The notes under the pieces were generated by a model. It saw nothing but the letters and a program-made list of their open reading frames with translations, was not told the DNA's origin and made no database searches. A DNA stretch of 45,278 nt from a virus (lineage: Duplodnaviria; Caudoviricetes): positions 1 to 45,278 of IMG/VR virus record IMGVR_UViG_3300048020_000321. One strand, 5' to 3'. A program made the position numbers and the translations under genes. How positions within the stretch are numbered: position 1 is the stretch's first letter; each line of letters starts with the position of its first letter. Shown here piece by piece: positions 37,737 through 45,278 of this stretch.

Positions 37737-38432
37737 TTATGGTTGATATTTTGTAACCATTAAAAGTGATGAATCTATTTCGGCGTATTGGGCATTTACA
37801 ATTATCTTTGCAACCCCGTTTGTCTGGAAGTTGAGTTCAAATAAGCCTTTGTCTGTATGCGCGGCCAATGCGCCGAATGTGCCAGTAGCACCAACCTTAA
37901 ACCTGCCCTTATTTAAAAGATCCGAGGGATCTGGGGTAAAATGTGGTCCAGTCCACGCGGGGTCATACCCACTACCCACATACAAAATGCCATTTTTTGA
38001 GAGATATGTTGTTGGATAGACATCGACATTAGAGACAGTATGATTATGAGAAAACCAAAATTTAAATTCTAAATATTGAGAATTTAAATTATGGGTGATT
38101 GGTAGCCCAGTATGACCCGGGTTAGACATAGATGTATATAGTATTGTCCTAGTTTCAGCCATATTGAATGTTTGCGTAAAAGTGTCTTGACTACCACCAC
38201 TTCCGCCAGTTGATGCGGGATTTGTTTGAATCCATGCATTTGTTGGAGCAGCAATATAAACATACATCGCAGCAACACTTTCATCAAACCATAAATCTCC
38301 TTCTCCTGGACTAGCTGGAGGAGTATCTCCAACAGTAACGCTTGAATTGTCAGAAATTAATTGATTAATCTTTGTGCGCATGGCATCAGAATCAACTTGA
38401 TTTGGGCTAACTGGAAGTGGATCGATTGACAT
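37737..38432 (-). CDS. Putative tail fibre-related protein
   Basis: PPASPGEGDLWFDE...MYVY...W and ITHNLNS motifs; GTGTAT upstream. Confidence 0.6.
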   Translation of the reverse strand: MSIDPLPVSPNQVDSDAMRTKINQLISDNSSVTVGDTPPASPGEGDLWFDESVAAMYVYIAAPTNAWIQTNPASTGGSGGSQDTFTQTFNMAETRTILYTSMSNPGHTGLPITHNLNSQYLEFKFWFSHNHTVSNVDVYPTTYLSKNGILYVGSGYDPAWTGPHFTPDPSDLLNKGRFKVGATGTFGALAAHTDKGLFELNFQTNGVAKIIVNAQYAEIDSSLLMVTKYQP

Positions 38433-38447
38433 GTCTATATATACACT

Positions 38448-38759
38448 TTATTTTAATTTTTTTAGTTTATAAATTATATCGCTTAAATTTTCATAGTTTA
38501 TACGATCTGTTTTATAGTTTGCTCCATGAGTAGTTTTTATTGTATATCCACGTTGTTTTTCACTATCAAGAACTAATTGAGAAATAAAATCATGCGCACC
38601 ATGAGATTTTAACCAATTCCAGTATATCGCACGAGTGCCAGGTTTACATTCAAGTAAAATATCTTCAAAAATAAATAATTTACTAAATAATGTAACATCG
38701 CGAAAACACGAGATTTCGCTGGGCGGTTCACTTAAGCAAGACTCTATAATCAAAATCAT
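38448..38759 (-). CDS. Hypothetical protein
   Basis: 103-aa ORF with GTGTAA 8 nt upstream. Confidence 0.6.
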   Translation of the reverse strand: MILIIESCLSEPPSEISCFRDVTLFSKLFIFEDILLECKPGTRAIYWNWLKSHGAHDFISQLVLDSEKQRGYTIKTTHGANYKTDRINYENLSDIIYKLKKLK

Positions 38760-38883
38760 GTAAAAAATTACACGAAAATATTTATATAAATTAAAATATT
38801 ACTCAATGCCAGGAATATTAATTGGGTCTCCCTCGGGAATGGGTTTGTGCCCCATTTCCCAATAGGGCAGCTAGATTACTTGA

Positions 38884-39111
38884 TTACTCACCCTGAGGAG
38901 GTAATAAACGCTCTAGTATGTCTTTATTAACAAATATTTTTGTTTTAAATTTCTTTGAATCATCGATTTTGCTTAGATCCGGTGCTGACTCTGGCTCCAT
39001 AGGGCCGCCTTCTTGCTCCACTTTAAGTAAAGCATCATCATATTTAGATTCATCAAAATTACGTGGACTATTTTCGTTTTTCATTGTTTTATGCTGTATA
39101 TCGAATTCCAT
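38884..39111 (-). CDS. Hypothetical protein
   Basis: 75-aa acidic ORF following the 498-aa gene. Start uncertain. Confidence 0.5.
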   Translation of the reverse strand: MEFDIQHKTMKNENSPRNFDESKYDDALLKVEQEGGPMEPESAPDLSKIDDSKKFKTKIFVNKDILERLLPPQGE

Positions 39112-40585
39112 TAGCTGCGAATTGATCAGTGGTACCTATTGCGCCAGGAGCAGCCTGAAAAGAGCCACTGCTTTGCCTAAGGTAATAATGATAATAATTA
39201 AAGACCATGCATCGCCGACCCGTAAAGACCCAAGCAACTTCCCAGTAGTTGGTAACTGCGGAACCAGGTTTCCATAATGATACATTAATAGTTTGATGTA
39301 AAGGATCAAGGGCACATTTTGCTCCATTTGCAACACCAATAAAGCCAGGATCTTCTCCGCCTCGTCCATAAGCCATTAATAGGTTGCCGAGTATATTACA
39401 ATCTGTTTGTCGAGTTACCTCAAGCATAACATAAGGACCAAGCGGGCTACCTCGGCCAGCATCTCCCGTGGAATCTGAGCTCCAGGTATACATAGCAACA
39501 TTATTCATTGTAAAAACCTGAGGCCCTGTTCGAATAAGAGCTGCGATATATTGATCTGCCGCAAGCTGAAAATCTAGCCAAATATTATAAAAATAAACTT
39601 TTTGCGGATATCTAAACCACCATATAATACCTCTGTTAGGATTCGAAACAACAATCATTCTAGCTCGATCGTGAGGCATAAATACATAATTTCTCCAATT
39701 TCCCCAACCCGGATTTACAACTTCTTCAGCGTTATCATGAGACATTCCAACACCTGATGCGGGATATGTTTTTCCGTTTGCACTTATAGTTCGAGTGCCA
39801 ATTGCTCTACCGAAGCTAGTTGAAAATGTGTTGGCTCTAGGAACTGTTTTGCCATAAAAACTAACTTCATCAAATGCTTCCCACTCAGCGCCTCCACCAG
39901 CTGATGGGCCCGGCGGATCAGTACTGTTTTTATTCCAGTAATGAAATTGATCATCATCCGTTGCTAGGCCGCACAAAAAAGCAACTCTTCTAATGTTTGT
40001 ATATTTTGCCAACCATCTATATGCTTGAGTTCCATATTTCCATCTAAAATTTACAGCGAGAACATAAGAGCCCGGGCTAACAGTTGAATGTTCATACATA
40101 TCAAAAGCTACAAAAATATTTCTGCAAACTAAAAAAGTGCCAGAGCCCTGGCTAGTGAGATTTAAAAAAGAAGAAGCGCTTGTGCTTGTTTTAAGTTTTA
40201 TTGTACTTGAATCGACAACATGAGCATAATAATCTTGACCCGAAACCACTCCTCCAGGAATTTCTCCTCCGCCACTAATTGGAAGTTTGAGTCTAACAAT
40301 ATCATTTGCTTGGAATCCATGGTTAGCTACTGTTATTGTATCGGCTGAAGTATTAACAGCCGAGCTAGAAATAGCTCGATCATTGGGTCCCTCGTCAATA
40401 TCAACTCCAGAATCTCCAAATCTAACATGAATTATGCCAGCCTCACTTTCCTGTATAGCCCGGTTTGTTCCTTGGCCGTCTTCTAAACTTAAAACATTGG
40501 TAATCTCTTGACTAGTTGCTTTTTCGGGATTATTTTGAATATCATCTATTCGGGTCGATACTTCTTGTAGACTATAATTTGACAT
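39089..40585 (-). CDS. Putative virion structural protein
   Basis: VNTSADTITVANHGF...YYAHVVDSSTIKL beta module common in phage tail proteins; GTGTAT upstream. Confidence 0.6.
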   Translation of the reverse strand: MSNYSLQEVSTRIDDIQNNPEKATSQEITNVLSLEDGQGTNRAIQESEAGIIHVRFGDSGVDIDEGPNDRAISSSAVNTSADTITVANHGFQANDIVRLKLPISGGGEIPGGVVSGQDYYAHVVDSSTIKLKTSTSASSFLNLTSQGSGTFLVCRNIFVAFDMYEHSTVSPGSYVLAVNFRWKYGTQAYRWLAKYTNIRRVAFLCGLATDDDQFHYWNKNSTDPPGPSAGGGAEWEAFDEVSFYGKTVPRANTFSTSFGRAIGTRTISANGKTYPASGVGMSHDNAEEVVNPGWGNWRNYVFMPHDRARMIVVSNPNRGIIWWFRYPQKVYFYNIWLDFQLAADQYIAALIRTGPQVFTMNNVAMYTWSSDSTGDAGRGSPLGPYVMLEVTRQTDCNILGNLLMAYGRGGEDPGFIGVANGAKCALDPLHQTINVSLWKPGSAVTNYWEVAWVFTGRRCMVFNYYHYYLRQSSGSFQAAPGAIGTTDQFAANGIRYTA

Positions 40586-40638
40586 AATTATGTATACACC
40601 TTTATTTACTTTGTGAGATCAGATCGATTGTTGAATTA

Positions 40639-41805
40639 TTATTTACTTATTTCTTGTTGGTATTTTTTATCAAAATCTATATCGATGTCTTCTTGTTTTT
40701 CTTTTGATGATGAAAGCGCTATGGCTATTGCAATAATAATTGTTGCGCCTATGGCGATCCACGGAAGATAATGAACCTTGCTTTTCTTCGGCTCTGGTTT
40801 TGGCTCTGGTTTTGGCTCTGGTTTTGGCTCTGGCTTTGGCTCTGGTTTTGGCTCTGGTTTTGGCTCTGGCTTTGGCTCTGGTTTCAACTCTGGTTCGTCT
40901 CCTCCGATCAGTTTTTCAACATCAATAATTCCATATCCCCAGTCGCTATCTCTACCAATTTCGCCTTTGTCTTTTGTATATTTTAATAAATGTTCTCTTA
41001 TTTGTTCTACAGTTTGGCAGTCATTTTTATTTTCTGTTTTTTCTTGTTTTTTATGTTTTGATAACATTAATGCTACAACACCAACTAAAAAAGGACACGC
41101 CATACTTGTGCCGCTCAGACTTCGATATATATTGTTTATAAATGTGCTATATATTCCTACGCCAGGAGCAGCCCATTCTACTTTTTCTCCGCGAGAAGAG
41201 AAATTTGCAATCTTTCCATAGCGATCATGCGCAGCAACCGCGATTGTTTCGTCAAATGCAGCAGGCCAATTAACTCCACCTTCACCAGTATTTCCTGCAG
41301 CGCATATGACAGGTATATTCATTTTATATAATGTTTTTATTTTTTCATGTAAAAGATTAGACGGACTGTTTCCTCCTAGACTCATTGATACAATATCAGG
41401 TTTAACTTTAATAGCATAATCAAGAGCAGCCGCGAGACCATTGTAATTTCCTCCGCCATATTTACCTAAAGCTTTTACGCAAATAGCTTTTGCTTTTGGA
41501 GCAACGCCAACCATTCCAACTTCATTGTTTTTTGCACAAATAATTCCTACGCAATGCGTTTGATGTCCATTTTCATCCTTGAAGGGCTCATTTGGAATGA
41601 AATTTTCTCCGGGAATTGCGTTGTCCCCGACATCTGGATGTTCAACCATGCCAGTGTCAATAACAAGAACAGTGATTCCTTCTCCTTGAGTGACCTTCCA
41701 GGTTTCTGGAACGTTTGATTGTTTTAAACCCCAGTCTATGACTTGGCTTAAAGAATTTAATTGTTCATTAACTTCTATTTTTGGTAAATATGTTTCCTCT
41801 TTCAT
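40639..41805 (-). CDS. S8 subtilisin-like protease with (PEPK)8 linker and C-terminal TM
   Basis: Catalytic motifs IDTG, NGHQTH, AAGN and GTSMA, followed by a C-terminal hydrophobic helix. Confidence 0.92.
   Translation of the reverse strand: MKEETYLPKIEVNEQLNSLSQVIDWGLKQSNVPETWKVTQGEGITVLVIDTGMVEHPDVGDNAIPGENFIPNEPFKDENGHQTHCVGIICAKNNEVGMVGVAPKAKAICVKALGKYGGGNYNGLAAALDYAIKVKPDIVSMSLGGNSPSNLLHEKIKTLYKMNIPVICAAGNTGEGGVNWPAAFDETIAVAAHDRYGKIANFSSRGEKVEWAAPGVGIYSTFINNIYRSLSGTSMACPFLVGVVALMLSKHKKQEKTENKNDCQTVEQIREHLLKYTKDKGEIGRDSDWGYGIIDVEKLIGGDEPELKPEPKPEPKPEPKPEPKPEPKPEPKPEPKPEPKKSKVHYLPWIAIGATIIIAIAIALSSSKEKQEDIDIDFDKKYQQEISK
40790..40885 (-). repeat. 8 x 12-bp tandem repeat encoding PEPK
   Basis: GGCTCTGGYTTT x8 on the + strand. 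Confidence 0.95.
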
Positions 41806-42533
41806 TTTTTATTTTGTATTTTACTGATTACAAATTTTAATATTTCACTCCTCATTATATCCTCTGCGCCAAAATGAAATGTATGGACCCCTCTGTCTTT
41901 ACTCTCTTGATCATTAAAAAGAGAGTACATGTCCGCAAACCCACTTTTTCCATTAATATCGCTCTGCATTGGATCGCCGCAAATGATTAATTTACTGCCG
42001 CGACCAAGTCGGGTCATTAAAGTAGTAAGCTCCTTGAATGTGAAATTCTGAGATTCGTCCGCGATTACGATTTCATCCATCCAACTGGCGCCGCGAAGGT
42101 AATTAACAGGCATCCCCTTGACGATGTTGCCTTCGGTCAAAGAGCTGGCTTGACCAGGAACCAAAAGCTCGTCAAGTTTTTCGTTCATTGGCATCATATA
42201 TGGATTAATTTTTTCAGCCATTTCTCCAGGAAGCGCCCCAAGACTCTTTTCGCCGCTTTCCGCGATTGTTCGAACATATGTGATGCCGCGCTCGTTGTTC
42301 ATATTATATAATTGCAATGCCCCATATATTGCTATATATGTCTTGCTTGTTCCAGCGGGACCGCTTATGAATATAATACTAGATTCTCTATCGAAGATTA
42401 TTTTCAATAAAGCTGTTTGTTTGTCAGTTAAGCTTATTTTTTTTAGCTTTACATTTTTTTTATGTAGCGAAGATGCGATTTTGGTGATCTCTTTTTCGTC
42501 CACAATCTCGGGTTTTTTACGTTTTCGAGCCAT
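41802..42533 (-). CDS. phoH: PhoH-family ATPase
   Basis: GPAGTSKT, LGALPG, YLRGAS, ADESQN, TRLG and GDPMQSD. Confidence 0.92.
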   Translation of the reverse strand: MARKRKKPEIVDEKEITKIASSLHKKNVKLKKISLTDKQTALLKIIFDRESSIIFISGPAGTSKTYIAIYGALQLYNMNNERGITYVRTIAESGEKSLGALPGEMAEKINPYMMPMNEKLDELLVPGQASSLTEGNIVKGMPVNYLRGASWMDEIVIADESQNFTFKELTTLMTRLGRGSKLIICGDPMQSDINGKSGFADMYSLFNDQESKDRGVHTFHFGAEDIMRSEILKFVISKIQNKK

Positions 42534-42695
42534 TTTACTATTATATGATACACTTTTTTAAGTTATTTTTATATAGTGGTCGGATTTTTTTTGAGTCGAG
42601 TAATATGTTATAATTTATTAGGCTGTATTTCATATTGAAAAAAGGCACCCCCCCGCCGTACAGAAAATGTAATTTTAAAAACGAATTCACTTAAT

Positions 42696-42720
42696 GGGTA
42701 GGGTCATAGGGGGTAGGGGG
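42696..42720 (+). other. Four-G-run (G-quadruplex-capable) motif in the strand-switch region
   Basis: GGGTAGGGTCATAGGGGGTAGGGGG. Confidence 0.55.
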
Positions 42721-42773
42721 TACAGAATAACTAATAAATAAAACTTTTTTTAACTTTTTTTTCTATGTTTTCA

Positions 42774-42798
42774 TAAGTACTTGTTTATCATATACTTA
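42774..42798. repeat. Single copy of the 25-bp pseudo-palindromic box
   Basis: TAAGTACTTGTTTATCATATACTTA. Confidence 0.6.
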
Positions 42799-42824
42799 CA
42801 GCACAAAGTTTTTTTGCTATGGGC

Positions 42825-42852
42825 TTGACTTTTGGTCAGAATGTGTTAGATT
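42825..42852 (+). promoter_or_regulatory. sigma70 early promoter
   Basis: TTGACT-16-TAGATT-GTATAT. Confidence 0.7.
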
Positions 42853-42888
42853 GTATATATAAGATTAATTAAATAACCAATATAAAAT

Positions 42889-43059
42889 ATGTATAAAAAA
42901 AATGATGTCGTACTCGCAAGAGATAATAATACTTACCAAGTGATCAAAGAGTTTACAGACGATCGCTTAGGTAAACAAGTACTTTGTCGTCTGTATAGAT
43001 CACAGAAAACAATGGCTTGGCATCCTCGCAACATTAGAATTCATCCTTTATTCGCTTAA
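42889..43059 (+). CDS. Small early protein (56 aa, not in ORF track)
   Basis: MYKKNDVVLARDNNTYQVIKEFTDDRLGKQVLCRLYRSQKTMAWHPRNIRIHPLFA; has its own promoter. Confidence 0.65.
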   Translation: MYKKNDVVLARDNNTYQVIKEFTDDRLGKQVLCRLYRSQKTMAWHPRNIRIHPLFA

Positions 43060-43098
43060 AGCTTGACGCATCAATAAAAACTCTTTACTCTCTATACT

Positions 43099-43320
43099 AT
43101 GACAGAAATAAATAAAACAATAAAAAAATATCCAACTCTCGAATGCTCGCTTGCAATGTCCAAAGCTAAAGGCAACCTAAAGTTTCTTGCCGAATCTGAC
43201 ATGGCAACCCTTACGCAAGGCGAAGCCGTTGTTGACGCATTAAACGCATTGCAACAAGCTTATAAAGAATTCAGCAAGGTAACAAAAGAGTTGAGCGAAT
43301 TAAGAGACGGCTTGAAATAA
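43099..43320 (+). CDS. Small helical early protein, paralog of 43838-44068
   Basis: Shares GNL..LA.ES...T.TQG...DALNA.Q.A...F. Promoter TTGACG-17-TACTCT at 43063-43091. Confidence 0.7.
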   Translation: MTEINKTIKKYPTLECSLAMSKAKGNLKFLAESDMATLTQGEAVVDALNALQQAYKEFSKVTKELSELRDGLK

Positions 43321-43378
43321 TGCTTGACATAATCATTTTATCTGCCATAATAGGAATCATAACAGCAATAAAAGAATC

Positions 43379-43687
43379 ATGCGAAAAGTAACACAACAAA
43401 TTAAACAAGCATTTGAACGCGGCGAAGCCAAGACAGTTGGCAACACCACCACAGACGGCAACACCGTTTGGTTACATGGCAACGCGATTGTCAAGCGTGA
43501 CGCTGACGGCTTGGTCAGATGGTCGCTTGCAGGATGGAACACACCCACCACACGCGAACGCGTCAACGGCATAGCGAATGCAGATGTTTGCCAATTCAAA
43601 TTCGAGCCTATACTAAACGGGCAAGTAATTGACTCATCCGATTGGTTCGCATCGCCTAATTCATTGCCCGATCCTCTTGTGTTCTAA
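43379..43687 (+). CDS. Small early protein
   Basis: 102 aa ending LPDPLVF. Promoter TTGACA-16-CATAAT at 43324-43351. Confidence 0.75.
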   Translation: MRKVTQQIKQAFERGEAKTVGNTTTDGNTVWLHGNAIVKRDADGLVRWSLAGWNTPTTRERVNGIANADVCQFKFEPILNGQVIDSSDWFASPNSLPDPLVF

Positions 43688-43839
43688 GTAGCACAAGATC
43701 AACGACTTAGGGAAAACCGCCCTAGCCGTTTTTGCGTAACTCGTTGAATACCAACAACTTACAACAAAATGAAAAAAAAGTTAAAATAAATCAAAATAAT
43801 ACTTGACTTTTGCCGTTTTGTCTGATACATTGTATATAT
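43664..43839 (+). repeat. Composite repeat, copy A (LPDPL codons, two 25-bp boxes, hairpin, promoter)
   Basis: Aligns by eye with 45001-45194 with conserved internal spacing. Confidence 0.85.
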
Positions 43840-44068
43840 GATTAAGAATAATAAAGTTGAAGAAATAAAACAAGAATTAAATTTGGATCTCGATCTTGGC
43901 TTGGCATTGGCTGAAGCTGAAGGCAACTTGAACCACTTAGCCCGTGAGTCAAATTCATCCGATTGGCAAGGCACAATCACGCAAGGCATGACAATCCTTG
44001 ACGCATTAAACGCAGTACAAAAAGCAAGAAAAGCCTTTCAACAAATAAAGCAAAATAAATCAAAATAA
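43838..44068 (+). CDS. Small helical early protein, leaderless
   Basis: TTGACT(43803)-17-TACATT, then 6 nt, then ATG. Confidence 0.75.
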   Translation: MIKNNKVEEIKQELNLDLDLGLALAEAEGNLNHLARESNSSDWQGTITQGMTILDALNAVQKARKAFQQIKQNKSK

Positions 44069-44105
44069 AGTTTGACTTTTACAAAAAAATACATTAGATT
44101 AAGAT

Positions 44106-44303
44106 ATGATTAAAAATAATAAAATACAAGTTCGCATTAAAGAATGGTCAACCCATACATCAGTAAAGATCTTCGATCAAGGCATCGACTCAAACGGCAA
44201 TGATCGCCCAAGGGTTCGGACTGCATCAAGTCAGTCGCATCTCAATAAGATTATGCGAGACGAAGGTTTAAATCAGTTTCGTTTTAATGTTGTCTTTCAA
44301 TAA
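44106..44303 (+). CDS. Small early protein, leaderless
   Basis: TTGACT(44072)-17-TAGATT, then 5 nt, then ATG. Confidence 0.7.
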   Translation: MIKNNKIQVRIKEWSTHTSVKIFDQGIDSNGNDRPRVRTASSQSHLNKIMRDEGLNQFRFNVVFQ

Positions 44304-44363
44304 TAAGTAAAAATAATTAAAATAAAACTTGACTTTCAACCAAAACTAGATTAGATTGTATAT

Positions 44364-44636
44364 ATGATTAAGAATAAAACATTCATCGCAAGCGTTCATG
44401 TCTCTTCCCTCGATGGTGAAGCAATTTCCTTATGGAATAGCAACACTAAGTCGTACATTGACATCGACAAGACACATCACACAATTACTATACAAGCTGA
44501 AGACAAGCACGAAGTAAGGCGAAAAGTTGCTCGCATGATTCGGACGCTTCAACCAAAGTTGCAATTCCAAACAAGCATTCAACGCAAAGATGGCGACAAT
44601 GCTCAATACTACATTCAACAAATTTGGGAAAAATAA
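44364..44636 (+). CDS. Small early protein, leaderless
   Basis: TTGACT(44329)-17-TAGATT, then 6 nt, then ATG. Confidence 0.7.
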   Translation: MIKNKTFIASVHVSSLDGEAISLWNSNTKSYIDIDKTHHTITIQAEDKHEVRRKVARMIRTLQPKLQFQTSIQRKDGDNAQYYIQQIWEK

Positions 44637-44683
44637 TCTCAAATAAGTTTGACACAATAACAAAATCTTGCTTTAATAATAAA

Positions 44684-44839
44684 ATGATAAATGTATTCAG
44701 AAACCCAAATTTCTCAAATTGGTTTAATGTCGCCTTTAATGGCAAGCTAATTGACGGAGCAAAATCTCATGCGAAAGCTTTACAAATCGCAAAAAGATTA
44801 AGTGCAAAAAATAATTCACCGATTCTCTCAAGCAAATAA
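44684..44839 (+). CDS. Small early protein (51 aa, start corrected), leaderless
   Basis: TTGACA(44649)-17-TTTAAT, then 6 nt, then ATG 44684, in frame with the ORF called at 44624. Confidence 0.65.
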   Translation: MINVFRNPNFSNWFNVAFNGKLIDGAKSHAKALQIAKRLSAKNNSPILSSK

Positions 44840-44844
44840 AAAAT

Positions 44845-45030
44845 ATGAACGAAAAACAAAAATTGCAAAAAATGATAGACGATCACGCCGAGCCCGCAGA
44901 AAATGGTGCTATTCTTTCGAGAATGTATGTTATCGCCGCACAAATGGAACTTGATAAGATAGCTCAAAACGAGCTTGCCGAATATGTGGCTCATAAGCCT
45001 TTGCCCGATCCTCTCATCTTAGTTGACTGA
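44845..45030 (+). CDS. Small early protein
   Basis: 61 aa ending LPDPLILVD. Confidence 0.65.
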   Translation: MNEKQKLQKMIDDHAEPAENGAILSRMYVIAAQMELDKIAQNELAEYVAHKPLPDPLILVD

Positions 45031-45194
45031 TAAGTTTTCATAAGCAACTGAATACCAACTACTTAGGGCAAATCGCCCTAGCCGGTTTTGCGCAACTCCT
45101 TGATAGTCAGCGACTTACAACAAAAGTAAAAATAATTAATCTTTTTTTTAAAAAACGCTTGACTTTGCTCCATTTTCTGATACATTGTATATAT
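45001..45194 (+). repeat. Composite repeat, copy B
   Basis: Boxes at 45041-45065 and 45093-45117; promoter TTGACT(45159)-16-TACATT. Confidence 0.85.
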
Positions 45195-45224
45195 AACATT
45201 AAATTAATATAACAAAAATAAATT

Positions 45225-45278
45225 ATGAATTACGACATCTTGCTTCTCTTAACTTTTATTCCTGCTTTCTTCTTTATG
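45225..45278 (+). CDS. Start of a small hydrophobic protein (truncated by window)
   Basis: MNYDILLLLTFIPAFFFM..., downstream of the promoter at 45159. Confidence 0.45.
   Translation, partial: MNYDILLLLTFIPAFFFM

Noticed and set aside
38800-38890. Frameshifted extension of ORF 38884-39111 (LPYWEMGHKPIPEGDPINIPGIE)
   Set aside because: Short, and removing the nearby AGTAATC duplication does not restore the frame; insufficient support.
40740-41221. + strand ORFs with LALV, WFWL or GSGF repeats
   Set aside because: Antisense shadows of the PEPK tandem repeat in the S8 protease.
42774-45117. 25-bp boxes as a CRISPR array
   Set aside because: Copies are degenerate, occur in pairs with a conserved (not unique) spacer, are separated by genes, and no cas operon is present.
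1-45278. Genome-wide stop-codon reassignment
   Set aside because: Conserved genes are full length in code 11 and end in TGA, TAA or TAG; only one local TGA case was noted.

Overview
This AT-rich window looks like part of a large lytic dsDNA tailed phage (Caudoviricetes), read with standard code 11. I saw no tRNA, rRNA, CRISPR array or integrase. The inferred host is a PVC-superphylum bacterium, probably a marine verrucomicrobium (Opitutales). The host clues are a DUF1549/DUF1553 + DUF1501 pair, a Chlamydia-type NrdB and an Opitutales-like Trp-rich C-terminal domain. Region 1 (1-20.7 kb, + strand) holds metabolic and replication genes: PD-(D/E)XK nuclease, Nudix, gmd, Hsp20, an envelope module (porin, small membrane protein, Gly-rich vWA protein, haem-motif DUF1549/1553, Tat DUF1501), nrdAB (class Ic signature), a split DnaE (PHP | SET | DEDDh exonuclease | core) and ClpC. 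Region 2 (20.7-42.5 kb, mostly - strand) holds head and packaging genes, an ERCC4 nuclease, a phage sigma factor, a candidate lysis cassette, M64 and S8 proteases, fibre-like proteins and phoH. Region 3 (42.6-45.3 kb) starts with a G-run switch region, followed by an array of tiny genes, nearly all with their own sigma70 promoter, punctuated by a repeated double-palindrome element. The strongest sequence-level observations are: two promoter classes (sigma70 and a GTGTAW motif) spaced for leaderless mRNAs; a sigma54-type promoter before hsp20; the PVC periplasmic module carried by a phage; a tyrosyl-radical-less RNR; and the repeat-punctuated early cassette array. All family assignments come from motif recognition by eye, not database searches.
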